Source: Bugula neritina
Taxonomy: Eukaryota; Animalia; Bryozoa
Length of the DNA: 64,000 nt
Assembly: GCA_964035545.1 (NCBI GenBank)
Contig: OZ037767.1
Coordinates: forward strand, 13,687,801 to 13,751,800
Reading direction: 5' to 3'
Each line of letters begins with the position of its first letter. The first letter of the stretch is position 1. A program made the position numbers and the translations under genes. The notes beneath the pieces were generated by a model. That model did not search any database. It was not told the DNA's origin and saw nothing but the letters and a program-made list of their open reading frames with translations. Positions 1 to 14,817 of this stretch are shown one piece after another.

Positions 1-513
1 GTTGTTACACATGTATATGAACAGAGTGGATACTGTAGTAACACATGTATATGAACAGAGTGTATACTGTAGCTACACATGTATATGAGCACAGAGTGTA
101 TACTGTAGCTACACATGTATATGAGCACAGAGTGTATACTGTAGTAACACATGTATATGAACAGAGTGTATACTGTAGCTACACATGTATACGAACAGAG
201 TGTATACTGTAGCTACACATGTATACGAACAGAGTGTATACTGTTGTTACACATGTATATGAACAGAGTGTATACTGTAGCTACACATGTATACGAACAG
301 AGTGTATACTGTAGCTACACATGTATACGAACAGAGTGTATACTGTTGTTACACATGTATATGAACAGAGTGTATACTGTAGCTACACATGTATATGAGC
401 ACAGAGTGTATACTGTAGCTACACATGTATATGAGCACAGAGTGTATACTGTAGTAACACATGTATATGAACAGAGTGTATACTGTAGTAACACATGTAT
501 ATGAGCACAGAGT
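1..513. repeat. 34/36-bp minisatellite in a BIRC6 intron
   Basis: Tandem GTAGCTACACATGTATATGA(GC)ACAGAGTGTATACT units with no spacers. Confidence 0.95.
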
Positions 514-582
514 TACGGGACTATACGAAACGCATTCATTGACCTCTAAGGTCCCGCTGTGTATAAAGAATAAGTATAATAC

Positions 583-3500
583 CTTGAGAGTCTGTGCATG
601 TCCGGCGAGTCGAAACTCTTGTGGTAGAGCTCAGAGAGGGCCTTTACCTCTTCACATAACTGTAAACACAAACAGTCATATGACCAGCTACGGCAAGACA
701 TACATAGACTTGTATTTAGTGAGGACTTTATTCCGTGAATATCGAAATACAAACTGCTCACACAGCTACTGAAATGAAGGAGCATTAAAGATACTTCAAT
801 ATCAAAGCACTTTATGAAACACACGAAGGATGAATTCATTGACAAGCAGACAAAAAGAGATAAAATGTTGCGCACTTTTTGACAGACGGTGCTGATGTGG
901 AGACACTTTACGCGACTGAGGAGGAGGAAGAAATGGTGAACCGCCCCGGAGCTGGGCGACTCTCGCAGAGTGGCTAGGCTGGTCAGCAGGACCTCCAGTA
1001 AGTGATTAGAGAACCTCTGCAGCTGCTCATCTCCCAGTCTACGGCTCAGCCTGTAACACACAGCAATAATGTAGTCTGTGTAAACTATACTGACAGACAC
1101 ACAGACAGACAGATATACAGACAGCCAGAGAGACACAGTGTAGTCTATATAAACTGTGCTGAGAGATATGATAGCCAGACAAACAGACAGACATACATGC
1201 AGGTATACACAGACAGATAAACACACATGTATAGAGACACGCAGACAGACGTCTAGACAGACACACAGACAGATACAGACATACAAACAGACATACAGAG
1301 ACAGGCATGCGTAATGACAGACAGACACGCAGACAGACACGCAGACAGACAGACATGAAGAGACAGACGGACACACAGAGACACACACACACACACGGCC
1401 ATACTTACTCTGTACAGACAGTCAGTAGTCTAGTAAAAGTGTGGCTGGAGGATCGAGTGCCTCTGATGATGCAATGTTCAACTAGGGCAGGCAGCTGTTG
1501 CTCTACGGCAGCAAGCACGCTGTTCTCGTACTTCCTGCAAGTAAGATAATTGGTCGATTAACAAACAGCAGTTTCTAACACCTGAGGGGGAGGGATACGT
1601 ATCAAACCAGGTTATTTATATGGCAAAGCGAAACTTTGTAACTGAAAATACAGTAGAGAAAATACACACAAGAGAGCACACTAAAAAAACAAAAAATAAA
1701 TGTAATATTATTAATCCAGCAAGCGGCTGCAAATATCTCTCAAGACTCTACACCACTTTAGCTAATTAGTATAGAGATCAATGGCGTTTACAAAGAACTC
1801 TATTTGGTTAGTTCGTATGCGTTTAGAAAACCTGGAAGAACAAACCTGGGAGAGACCTCATTGGTCTGAAGCATAGCAATCCAGCCTAAAACCCTCATAG
1901 CTGAGATCCGGTTCTGCTCTGTAGCCAGGAGGGAGCTTTCCAGAGGCGAGTCGGGGCTGTGTGTGAGACGTCCCGTATGCGCCACTTCTGTGAGGTTAGC
2001 GTGGAGCTTATTAGAGTCCAGCATGGCCAGTCGTGTCAACTAGAATCAAACAAAACACAGTCATCCTCATGCAGAGTGAGGAATGAAATATAAATGATAA
2101 ACATTTATATAAAGGTAATAATTTGAACCAGTGATTATCTAATGTTCACACATACTAAGGAGGGGGGGGAAACTCTCACAGCAGATGACTGCAAGACGGG
2201 AAATTCTATTCTTAAAAGGACATTATGCAACCAATTTAGTTACACACACCGGGATTTTGAGTGTTGCTCAAGACATGGCAATAATGCATTTACATTCTTC
2301 ATTCCAGATAAACAACCTGCATTTCAGTTTGTTTCTTTTTCAAAGTTTAAATTTCAAGATTATAGAAATCCCATAAGGACCAGAATTCGAGCATAAGGCA
2401 CCAACCAACCTTCTCATGCGGGTAGTGCGTAGCCTTGGTCTTCCTCACAGAGATGGAGATCTCGTCAATGAGATCCATCCCTATAGAGCTTTTAGCAGTT
2501 CGGTCTGAGTTCTTAGCTGAAGCATTACTATTGCGGGGCGTACTCATACGACCCATCGTACTAGAGGAAGTCATGTTGGACTTCTCTGAAGATACTTCGG
2601 CTCTCACTTGAGGAAATAGCATGGATTCCAGATTCTGAGGTAAGTTTCCACCGGGCTAAATAAAGCAACCTCCACATTAACTTAAAGGCTACACATCATT
2701 GAAGGCAACATAGCCAGGGATCAGTGAGCATGTAACAAAGGGTATGCTGACAACTGTGGTAATCAGGCTACTTCTAATACATATAGAACACCACTGCCTT
2801 GAACCACTGATAATTCCACATGAAATACCGTCCAAGAGATGTAGCTATGATGAGAGTAAATAAAAAGTAGTTGAATTACTATAATACTTCTCACAATACC
2901 TGCACTTCAGACTGGGTGGTGCTTCTGGCCATTTTCATGTAGATTACCAGAGAGCGAGGTTTGATTTGAAGAAGGGCTGGAGCTGTTAGCGTCACCGTCC
3001 CAGATAGTCCTGACACGTCAACAACTGAGGCTAAGCTGACAGGGGCAGAGAGTAACTGCAGCTTGTGCTGGTCCAGGAAGGACTGGGCGAGGAACGCCTC
3101 GTCCGGTGTGGAGGAAGAAAGGAAGGAGCTCTGCTCAATATAATGTGTACAACTAACTGACTCAGACTTTACAAAGAACTGTGTCAGCACAGCTTATCTC
3201 AGCCATGATACAAGATATCCCAACATTTCTTTGTGTGAAGGCAGAAGGTTTAAGAAGTTAAATACTCAAATCTATAGTTTAGATTTGCGAGGATTATTTT
3301 ACGAAAATCAACTCTGAAACTAGTATGGCAAGTAGTAATAGAGCTGATAATACATTAGTTATATAGTAACAATATATAGTAACAATATAGTAGTAATATA
3401 GAATACAGTAGCAGCAGGGGTAGTAAAATAGTGGTAATATGACCAGTAAATGTAATATGGTGGCAATATATAGCAGTATTACAAGAGTAGTAATACGATA

Positions 3501-6500
3501 GTAATATAGAAGTAAGACAGAAATAATACAGGTAGTAATATGGCTGGTAATACAGATAGTAATGATATAGTAAGATAAGTTTGGTTTCCCAAAAATCGGA
3601 TGTTGACATAGCATTGGACAGATTTCAATAAAATCATATTTTCATTGCAAAAAGTGAGCCTACACGTTCGGCACAGAACCTTAGAAATATGCAGAATGTA
3701 CACCAACAATAATTATTACAGACACTGTGTAATTAGCAAACTAACACAAGTCTACTGACACAGAAAACTGGTTCACATACAGGTCTTTCAGTGAGATAGG
3801 ATATAGTGTGGAGTTACCTTCCCACGGTATCTCACGTCCACTTTATGACAGAGTAGTGCAACTCTAATATCAGGGATACTCCGGGCTTTTCCCTGGATGG
3901 TAAATCTCAAATCAACATGGCCGACACTGGTGATCTTAGGTAGAGACAACTCCACCACGTGCTCCCTCGTAGCTGTATCATTGTCAGGCTACAAACAGTG
4001 CAGTAACTTATAGATAAAAGACGCTTTACAGTTCTGGGGCCAAGTTTTCATTCTTTAGAGGCAAAAGTAATGAAAAATAGAGCTTTGCACGCTATTCTTC
4101 AATCTCATGGACTACCAATAAACAAATGAACTAAATTAAAAGCATGCTTAAAAAAGAGCAGCTGTGGTCTAATGGTTAGAGCCTTAACTTGTAAACACTG
4201 GGTCAGTGGTTTGAATCCCAGTAAAGGCCGGTGATGTTAGGAAGAGCATTCAGTCATAATTGCTCCTTTGCCCTAATGGTGAAAAAGTTCCCAGATTAAT
4301 CTAAAGAAACATTCCCACCAGGGGTTCTCACAAGGATAGCAACTATAAACCCACATGGGTTTTACAAGCACAATTTAAAAACCTCAGCAAAACATAGTTC
4401 ATGTCAAAAACACTAATGTCGCGCTGTTCCCTGCTGAACTTTAGCTGATTGACAACAGTATGGAGTCGCCCGCCCTCACTCACTTGCAACTTCCACGTTC
4501 TGGTCACATGACTAGCATCACCATCGGCTGCCGAGCTGGAGCCGAGGAAGGCAGACCTCTGCAGGTGTTGTGGATGTTTCCTCTGCAGCTGGTCCTGATT
4601 CACCTCGTTCCAGCAGGAGGCCAGGGTGGCCGTGAACTTCCCTGTCAGGTTGTCGCACTCGGTCAGCTCTGACAGCGTCTTGATGTCTTTGATAGAGAGG
4701 GGGGCTTCAAACAGCGCCTCGATATCAGCTTGATCTGTGGACAATATAACTCAGACAATCATGAAAATATCACGTTGGATAAGAATCACAGTAATATACG
4801 AAATACGCCAAGAGAGCCATCAGAAACATAACTTATATTATCTGAGACATACCAACACGGCTAAAAACTAAAGGACCTACTATATATCCCATTTATTATA
4901 TTATTATTAATACATACATTAATATTATATATTACATTATTAAATTAACTTAAACTACAGCACCAGGAACTCCAGCGGGCATTATATGGCAACACAAATT
5001 ATTTACTGTAGCAGAAAATGCTTTGAACAAAGTCTTTACCAAAGTGAAACCCAAAACAAAAACCCTTAGACAGAAATCATACGTCTATAAGCAGAGGTCG
5101 CTGAGGGGTGGTCCACAACATCCTCTACAGAGTCTATGAAGTTGGACACTTCGGGACCCACTTGGAGCAACACGAGTTCCGAGTTGGTGGTCGTCGCACA
5201 AACCCGATCTATTCCTGTGAAAGAGAGTTACTGTGTGTACTATTGAACATAGCATGGGTATATATCTAACACAGTGTAAGTATATTTATAGGACAGAGTA
5301 AGTATACAACTAGGACAGAGTAAGTATACAATTAGGACAGAGTAAGTATACAATTAGGACAGAGTAAGTATACAATTAGGACAGAGTAAGTATACAACTA
5401 GGACAGAGTAAGTATACAACTAGGACAGAGTAAGTATACAACTAGGACAGAGTAAGTATACAACTAGGACAGAGTAAGTATACAACTAGGACAGAGTAAG
5501 TATACAACTAGGACAGAGTAAGTATACAACTAGGACAGAGTAAGTATACAACTAGGACAGAGTAAGTATACAACTAGGACAGAGTAAGTATACAATTAGG
5601 ACAGTGTAAGTATACAATTAGGACAGTGTAAGTATACAATTAGGACAGAGTAAGTATACAATTAGGACAGAGTAAGTATACAATTAGGACAGAGTAAGTA
5701 TACAACTAGGACAGAGTAAGTATACAACTAGGACAGAGTAAGTATACAACTAGGACAGAGTAAGTATACAACTAGGACAGAGTAAGTATACAACTAGGAC
5801 AGAGTAAGTATACAACTAGGACAGAGTAAGTATACAACTAGGACAGAGTAAGTATACAACTAGGACAGAGTAAGTATACAACTAGGACAGAGTAAGTATA
5901 CAATTAGGACAGTGTAAGTATACAATTAGGACAGTGTAAGTATACAATTAGGACAGAGTAAGTATACAATTAGGACAGAGTAAGTATACAATTAGGACAG
6001 AGTAAGTATACAATTAGGACAGTGTAAGTATGCAATTAGGACAGAGTAAGTATACAACTAGGACAGAGTAAGTATATATTTAACATATTAAATATACCTG
6101 AGCAGTACTCTGACATGAGAAATCTGTGGGAGCTGCTAGAGAATGTCGTCACCTCCTTCAGTGGCTGCACCGTCATCAGCTACAACACAGAGAACTGGGG
6201 CTAAAGAGCAGACCCACTCTCACAGACAGCCATATATTTTTCAGAAAAATGCTATTTTGGACATTTTGCCTACAGAAGATTGATTTACCATTTTCCCATA
6301 TTTTAAGAGCTAATGCCAACTATAATCATCAGCATTACTTATTCAGACAAAAATATTGACAATTTTTTCTAATAAGTTTTCCACTCCCTGAATTACATAT
6401 AAATGCACAGCATTTCACCACTCGTGTTGAGTGAGAAACAGCATGTAAAGCCCGGTTTTTTTTCTAAAAAGCACATAATAAACCATCAAACTTACAGAGA

Positions 6501-9500
6501 TTGCCCCTGAGGCTTTGGTAACCATCATGTGATAGGTGTCTTGATCCACCCCTTCCATCTCCCTGGAGGAGGAGAACTCCTGGTTCAGCTGGTTAAGGTG
6601 AACAATGCAGTCCTCGGGAGACTTGATATACTTGATACTGTCTGGGGCCGTAACCATGGTGATACCAAACTTGAAGCTAATCTGTAACACCATCAACATT
6701 ATGAGTGCATAGTTATTGCATCAACAACAATCCAATAAGTCAATTATAACTTTCACATCTATAAATTCTAACAATCCTGAAAATGTAAATGAAAAATGAA
6801 GGACAGAGCACATTTCTCAGGCATTAATATGACAATAATGTTATTTGATAGACTGATACTTTAACGCCCACAGAGCATCAGGAATGAATATAGTCTCTTA
6901 GTAGTTTTCAGCCAGATTTTAATAGAGACTATTTTGAACGTAAAAATTCTAACACAACATTCACAACAATGCATGCAATTGATTTATTCAACCAGAATTC
7001 ATAATTTTGGTGGTTTGGTAACACAAAAACCATATCATAATTTATAAATGGACATAACAAAAATGCTGCACCAACTTAAATAATAAATTCACTATCAACT
7101 ACACATTTAAATGAGCCAATCAAACTGCACTTTACAAACACAAAATGCCCCGCCTTCTCTAATGGTGCTCACAAATAACCAGCTATACGAGCCAATGAAA
7201 ACAAACCTTATATGTAATGAGAGCTCCGGCATATCCGGAAGGACAACTCCGATTGGTGCTAGTGTAAGATATGTACACAAGTAGCAGCTTCTTGTCCAGT
7301 GACTGTTCCATAATCTGTACAGAGTATCCGGGGTGTTGGAACCTGGACAAACGTACCACAAGGAATTACAACGAGCTTTCAGGAACATAAGCTAAGGCAC
7401 AGACAGGAGTAGCAGCAAGAATATCTTATTTTTTCAGTAAAGAGACGACAATAAAAATGTCAAGCTTAGGATTTGTCTTCCTTATTCAGAGAAGGAAGGA
7501 AATCTAGATTGTATATAAGACCATAGAACGTATGTATTAAATCTACTTTCAGTGAAATGTTATAAAAACTACAAAACTAAATAGGAACAGAAGTTACCTG
7601 CCCCTGGAAAATAACAGAACTGGAATTAATACGGATTTACTAAAGCTTGTCAAGCTCAAGTTATCTTCAATTAAAACTCTTTTCTACGAGAATATTTCAC
7701 ACTCAACACTCACTCATCTGGAATATCTATATTCATGAGTCTTTGAGGTTTCATAGGAACGACAACTCCCCTCTCTTTCTTGTCACCAGTCGGTTCAGAT
7801 ACAAAATATTTATTCTCGGACAGCATGGCTTGAATAACCGACTCCTCGGAGCTACAAAATTATGCAGACAGCTGACTTATATCTGCTGCCTATTCCATGC
7901 CGCTGTCACTAAACAAGACAACAACAACATTCAACAGTATTATGATATACGGGGAGAAAATATGCAATATGATACATTTATATAACCAATGCAGTGCCGC
8001 AAACACAAGACAGAGCGGCTGTTAACTGGAAATACATGAAACCAACAGCAACGAGTAGATCTCGGCCTGGCTGCATAAAAACCCACAACTAGAATATATA
8101 AAATACTGTATGTAAATATTGTACAATGTGTAAGTAATATAATAGTATGTAATGTAGTATAAACTATGTATAAGATCTAATACAATATAATGTTTACACA
8201 TCTGTCAGTATAACTATGTGTCAGATAGTGCTACAGTTCAGCCCTACTTCCAGTACGAGACAAGATTTACTTTCTGTACGCGCTACAACTTACTTCAGGT
8301 TCTCCATGACGTCTTTGGAAAGGCCCATCTGGAAAGAGTAGGGTGAGAAGCTGCGCCCCGTCTCATAGCATGATAGCCTAATTTTCTACAACAGAATTAA
8401 CACATAAACATATAACTGATATACCTAATGCTGGGTTTTCAGGCTAATATTTAAAATACATATTGCCGGTGCTGTTTGACTATCAATATGACAACGCATG
8501 CAAAGCACACTCTCAAAGTACTATACCTGATCAACCTGAGCAGCAATAACCAAAGAGAGGCTGCTGTTACGATCACCAGATATGAGAGTCATTGCTGTAA
8601 CCGTAGCCTTGGTGCTTTCAGGGGGCGAGGCCTCTGACATGGGGCTTCCTAAACACTCCTCTACAAGTTTAGGAAAAAAGACTAAGAAAATTAGCTATAA
8701 AAACAAACTGTAAAAAATAAGCAATTTCTTTAATTAACAAGACTTGTAAAATAGAAGACAACTCTGGCAGTGCTTAAAAGTAACCTACAGCTTGACTCAG
8801 CAAAGAAAACACGACTTTTAACGAACATACAGGAAATAAATTCACGCTGTGCAAATGCCTCTGAGTGGACACTAATACCAGCCAGTGCTAGACCAACTAT
8901 AGTTGATTGAAAGACGGGGTGAATAATTAAACTGAGGATGTGACAGACAAATGATTAAATGCGACTGTTAAGGTTCTACCACACGGAGTGGAATCTCGCG
9001 TGAAAATCAACAGCAGGAGTAAGACTTGATTGACCAATGGTGTTTGCCAAATGCTATTACCGATTTCATTCATAATTTCTCAATAAAAGCAAGCACTAAA
9101 GGTGCTATTGATAAAAACAATAATTTAAGACTGAAACGCAAAAACTCAAACCACTAAATAGTACTCAGCCAATTGGAATACTATTCCAGTAACTTCACAG
9201 CATTCATTCAACAAGAGGAAACTCTGTCTATGTGGCAGAACCTTTAGACCGAGAGTTCTGAATATGTCACGACTGGCTTAGCTCTGGCACACAGATAGTA
9301 AGTTCATTGTAGAGTATGATCCTAGAAAAATATGCGAAACATTGCGGGGGCTACAACCTACCGTCCCGGTGTGAGATGAGCAGATCGGAATACAAGTCTA
9401 GTCGCTTGTTGACCTTGAATATGCTGACTCGCTGCTCGCAAGGGTTCAGCGCTGCCAAATACACGTCGTCATCTTGGACACAGGTTGAGAGAAGCTGCAG

Positions 9501-12500
9501 ATAGTTAGTGAGCATATGAGTACAGTGAAAGTAATATAATATGCTATGCTGTACAAGGAATTTATACAAACTGTTTCCTGAGTAAGACAACTCCAAATAA
9601 ACTAAGATTATCTTATATCAAGGTTTCTTTTGGAGCCGAGTAGCATGCCCGTCAAACTGCACATGATAGTATAGCATCAGGGCATATTTCGATGAAAAAA
9701 CTTAAGTACACGGTGATAGTGTCTTCTTTAGTAATTAGTAAACAAATAAGGGTTTTATCACATTAAGAAATCTTTTGATAATTTTAAAAGTTTTTACATG
9801 AGATGAACACGCAACAATGGAATCCAGGAGAATCTCAATTGCTCCATGGAAAATTTACGTCACATCACAAATATGCATGTCACATCGCAAATATGCATGT
9901 CACATCACAAATATGCATGTCACATCACGAAAATGCTCACTAAAATCAGTAAAGTATGAGTGATGCAAACATGTAGCCTGAGAGAGTTAGCCAACCTTGT
10001 GTGCACAGGAGAGAGCGGGTTGGGACGCGTAATACACCCCCAGAGGCACGTTCTGCGTGGGCAGACCCTTGATGAAAGGACAACATGGCTGATGTCTCTC
10101 ATGCTCAGACCATGGCTCGTCGGTGGTTTCCCACGACACCAGACAGACGTTGCAGGTGAAACACATGCTTCTGTCATCATTGGTTGAGGTCGGGTCGTGG
10201 TAGAACCCAGCCCTAGACATTGACTCTGGTTTTGCCCATCTAAACATCACAAAAGTAACTGTTTAGAAAAAAATCCTGATTTATAATCACAACTAGCTGT
10301 GAAGCTATTGGAAAACTAACCAGTGAAATATAATCCTCGACTATTTTAGAGTAAATGGATGTACCATAGTTTATGCTACTGTAAGATTGAAACACTAGTA
10401 GGTTTGACAAAACACAATAAAATCACAGCCAATTACCTACCGGATAACAAAACATGATTTGATTGGCAAAACTGGTCATCTAGAGTCTAGACAATGAAAC
10501 TGCAGCTACTTATAAAGTTAACATGAAACTAAAACACTTACTGGTAGTCTTTATGGGGCCAGTTTTCAAACGTGGCCAGTCGTGCGGCTTCGCTGTACAT
10601 AAGAGCCCTGTCTAGGGGTACGGGGTTATCTATATTGAAATCTGTGGCGTAATAGCCGCTGCGTTCTGTGATAGCTGCCGCTATCGGCATCGCCAACGAG
10701 GCGTCTGCTTTAGCTTTGAGTTGCACCATAATGTGTTGAAATACGTTGAGAATGACACTTTGTGGGTATTCTATAGTTACTGTACACCACTGCAAGAGAA
10801 GACAACACTGCTCTAAAGCCTGCATCATATGAGTGCTTGGAATTATCTACTCTCTGTCAATATACGGAATATATTGATAGGGAGGTTTGTTTTCAAACTC
10901 AACTTGAAGACCTAGTTAGTGTTTTGCAACTGTGCATTTGGAACTGGAAACGAGAAATTTTATTTTTAGCCATCAACTACCAAATATAGATGTCACAAAG
11001 TGCTTTACTTAATTCCTCAACAGTAAACCATGCATTTAGCTTCAGCTGATTTATGTTCATTTTTCATTTTCAGTTCATTTATTGAAACCCAAAACAACCA
11101 GTTAGAATTGCTACAGATATCTCAACATGCACTTGTTATGAAAGTCCTCATCCATATAAGGATAGTTAAGTGCTAGGATGTCAAAATAAACAACATGGAA
11201 GTCAGATCTTTCTTTCATCCTTGCAGAGGGAATATAATGCCATACAATTCATTTGTCTTATTTGTCAACACACCGAGGTAATAGCATTCAACATAGTATC
11301 AACAGTTGTTTTGTTGAAGCTGATAATCTTTTAGCATGTTAAGTTTATAGTACATTATAATCCTTGGGAATACAAGATTCCACATAAACTACTCTGCTTT
11401 ACTGTAGTGTTTGTGAGAAGTATAGGAGTAAAATTAGGTGGAGTAATGGAGAAATCGGTAAAGCCTGTATTTTAGATTAAAAATGCAGCAAAAGAAGTTA
11501 CGTTCCCTAGAGAATTTCAAACAGCTCCTCAAACCAAAATTAATTAAGAAACTTAAAGAATTCGGGCTATTAAAACTTCTCTGTTACATTGAATGGGAGA
11601 AGTCAAAATGGTGAATGCAGATTTGTATTTTTGAATAATTTGATTTTAGCAGATATCTCTTGGCCATTTACACATTTACTCAAACACAAATTAAGCAAGA
11701 AAATATAATATTTTGAAAAATGCATATGTGGTCGCTCATAGGGAGCAGCCGTGGTCTAGGGGTTAGAGCGTTTGCCTAGTGAACACGAAGTCATGGGTTC
11801 AAGCCCTGACAAAGACCATTGGTGATGTTAGGAAGAGCATCCAGTCATAATTGCTCCTGTGCCTCATTTAAATAAGTCCTTAGCTGGCTTTAACAAAAAC
11901 CCTTTCCACCAGGGGTTTCTCACAGGGATAGTGACTATAAACTTGTGTGAGTTTTTATATATAATGTATAGTATAGTATAATATTGCAAATGCAATGAGA
12001 CTGTTTAGACACAGAACTTATGACGTGTGTTTTACATGAAGATCATCAATTTAAAATTTATTTTTAAATTATAAACTGGCAGCAAAAAGGCATGTTAAAA
12101 TCCCCTTTCAAACTAAAATACACCATCAGTTTTAGTTACCAGCACATTTCAAAATGACTAACTCTTCATTTTTTGAATAAAACTAACCAAACTAGGATTC
12201 TAAGCTATTCATTTATTGAATTATGTATAATTCTTAGATATTTACTAACATGGAAATGCATAAATGATTACCTTAGCTTTCTTCTGATTGTCTTGACACA
12301 GTTTGTGAGCTTCTTCAATCGCCTGCCTTAGATCAGTGAACACATCGTCCATCCTGTCAACTTTGAGGAAATTCTGGGACACTTCACTGACCAAAGTTTC
12401 GGCCTTCAACATTATAAAAATACATCCTCAAAACTCTGAGTTGTTATCTCAGCTAAAGTTACCGCATAATAATATAAAAGGCAATAGAAGACTCTAAGTC

Positions 12501-14220
12501 AGTTAGAATTTTCATGCTTATAAGTTATAGAGAGTAACTTAATAAAAAAGAACAGTAAACAATCAAGTAGAGAGACCCAAAACCCATAATAGACCAATAA
12601 CTTTTGAACATAAAATGTATAAATTAAGGGAGCAGCCATGGTCTAGGGGTTAGAGCGTTTCGCTTAGTAAACACGAAGTTATGAGTTTGAATCCCAGTAA
12701 ATGCCATCGGTGATGTTAGGAAGAGCATCTAGTCATAATCGATTTTGTGACTCATTTAAATAAGTCCTCAGCCGGCTTTTAAAAAAAACCCTTTCTACTA
12801 AGGGTTTCTCACAGGGATGGTGGCTATATATTTGTGCGAGTTGTCTGTCAAATTTATAAATTAAAAAAATTCATACATCTGCTAGAGTTAGTTCCAATTT
12901 TATAACATCATTGGCCGGTTCTGACATCTTTCCTTGCAAGGCCGTGTCAAGAAAGTACATGCCATTGAGATCCTTTCTGAGAGATAAGGAGCTGTTATCA
13001 CTAAACAGCATCACATCTTTCTCACCAATATACGTGCAACTGATTTTCTCCTTAACAGTAGCTAAGCAAAAATAAACAAAAAAACAGGTGTACTTGAGGA
13101 TAATACATATTGAAATTCATTCTGTTAGAATAGTATTATCAAATGGCCATTCTGATTAGCTTCAATTTTTAATTTATATCGTGAAATTCTAGCATAGAGC
13201 ACAACTGATTTAATTAGTTAGAAACCAAATTCCTAAGCTAAACATGTTAAATTGAATCAGAACTACTAAAAACTTGTTCTATCCCTACTTTTTAGACCTA
13301 TGGCAATATAAAGAATTTATCAAGTTCAGGAACAAGATTTCTTTTAGTATATATCTAATTCTGTAATTATGCAGAGCTAAGTCTAAAGCATGTAATAAAA
13401 ATTTCAGTTTAAGTTAGAATAAAAACCAACTGCCTGTCTTAATCAGATACAATGTCAGTGTGTCCCACTAAATCATTACAAGTGCTGCCAATCTCAGTGG
13501 CACTCAGTATCAGCATGAGTGCAGGCATCACATCACGTAGAGAGTCTGACAGTGACACTTGCATTAAAGGCAACAGTAAAAGTAGATCAGGCTGACAACG
13601 GCCCACTTAATCACGATGACTATCTCCATCAAAGCCAAGCTCAATTTTAAAGTGAAAGTCTATGTTAAATAAAGTTAATGTGAGGGATGTAGCTTCAACT
13701 GTAAATTTAAAAACTACTTCAATTTTCAACTAACAAATAATTTTTTAAGTCAAAAAGTATTGAGTTGACTTGAGAGATTTGACTTTGACTATTCTATATT
13801 GATATTCGGGCTTGGAGATGCATATGGAATGAACTTAAAGTTGAATTGACAATCATAATCATAATGACAAATGTGAATGTTGTTCAAATTGTTACTACCG
13901 AAGTCGAGAGTTTCAATTAATGAGTGACCATACCAATGACAAACTCAAATAGAATAATTATAACTATGTGATACTCTAAATGATAATCACAATTACAAAG
14001 TGGAAGTGAAACCGAAAGCTCAAGTCTTACCAGTGGCATTGGTACTCTTAAGAGGGGTTGAAGAGGTAATATCGTATACTAAAATACCGTTGCTTTTGGA
14101 TGTAATAAATAGCAAATTAAGTTTTTGATGATATTGCAATCCAGTTAATGAGCCTCCTAAGGAAAACGACCCATCAGTGGTGATAAACCACCGATCATGG
14201 TCAGACATCTTTACATCCAT
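583..14220 (-). CDS. BIRC6: Baculoviral IAP repeat-containing protein 6 (BRUCE/Apollon), 5' part; gene continues beyond the left edge
   Basis: 21 GT-AG exons join in phase: 14031-14220, 12877-13061, 12272-12403, 10542-10789, 9996-10239, 9362-9494, 8527-8660, 8294-8385, 7714-7851, 7207-7342, 6496-6681, 6098-6179, 5083-5214, 4484-4734, 3818-3988, 2900-3130, 2410-2655, 1846-2039, 1409-1534, 876-1050, 583-659. BIRC6-typical motifs: RKDLNGMYFLDTALQ; BIR domain MYSEAARLATFENWPH...AGFY...CFTC...WETTDEPWSEHERHQPCCPF; YCSGIDRVCA; QRKHPQHLQ...HVTRTWKLQ; EHVVELSLPKITSVGHVDLRF. Confidence 0.95.
1092..1397. repeat. Degenerate (CAGA/CA)n microsatellite
   Basis: ACAG/ACAC runs in BIRC6 intron 1051-1408. 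Confidence 0.85.
4156..4363 (+). mobile_element. tRNA-derived SINE (family A)
   Basis: A-box TGGTCTAATGG and B-box GGTTTGAATCC, followed by the shared core GGTGATGTTAGGAAGAGCAT(T/C)CAGTCATAATTGCTCC and 3' GGGTTCTCACAAGGATAG. Confidence 0.8.
5289..6077. repeat. 22-bp minisatellite, about 36 copies
   Basis: Tandem TAGGACAGAGTAAGTATACAA(C/T) in BIRC6 intron 5215-6097. Confidence 0.95.
9996..10789 (-). CDS. BIRC6: BIR zinc-binding domain exons of BIRC6 (10542-10789, 9996-10239)
   Basis: RLATFENWPHKDYQ|WAKPESMSRAGFYHDPTSTNDDRSMCFTCNVCLVSWETTDEPWSEHERHQPCCPF has the CxxC-x16-H-x6-C signature; phase-2 intron 10240-10541. Confidence 0.95.
11741..11956 (+). mobile_element. tRNA-derived SINE (family A), full length
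   Basis: GGGAGCAGCCGTGGTCTAGGGGTTAGAGCG...GGTTCAAGCCC head, shared core, 3' AAACTTGTGTGAGTTT. Confidence 0.85.
12628..12842 (+). mobile_element. tRNA-derived SINE (family A)
   Basis: Same family; flanked by the approximate direct repeat AAAT(G/T)TATAAATTAA. Confidence 0.85.
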
Positions 14221-14817
14221 CAACCATCTATTAAAATATAAAATGATAAAACGGAAAGCTGCTAGAGTGGAGCAACAGCTATCTTATTATTTTGCGAATG
14301 AGGCGTGTATGATATCTTTCAAATTTCACTTGGGGGAACTATAATGCCCCGCAACAAACGAGCTAACTCTTTTTGAGATACGCAACTAAATGTTTTCAAT
14401 GTTCGAATGCAAATAGTTTTGTAATAATTATACCAAAGTCAATGCTGTGACCTTGCACGTGCTTGTTTATTTTAGTTTCAATAGTAATTATTAAGTCCCC
14501 TATTATTCAATTATTATTATTATTGAATTTTTGTACATTAGCCATGCCTACACTGTTTCTTTGTTTTCACGCAATATGAAAATTTTGATCAAATTCGATG
14601 CAAACAAACTGAAGCATTAGCATCATGATCATGATGATGATCATCATGATCATGATCATCATGAAGTGATGATCATGATGACCAAGATGATGATCGTGAT
14701 GATGAGCATGTCTCAGTCTGAGTCTGCATCACTCATCAGCATGTGTCATAGTCATACTGATATTGATACTCATGTCTCATACTCATAGTCATGCTGATGC
14801 TGAGTAATACTAGTGCT

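Noticed and set aside
1-513. Regular 34-36-bp repeats resembling a CRISPR array
   Set aside because: Units are directly adjacent with no unique spacers, there are no cas genes, and the context is a eukaryotic intron.
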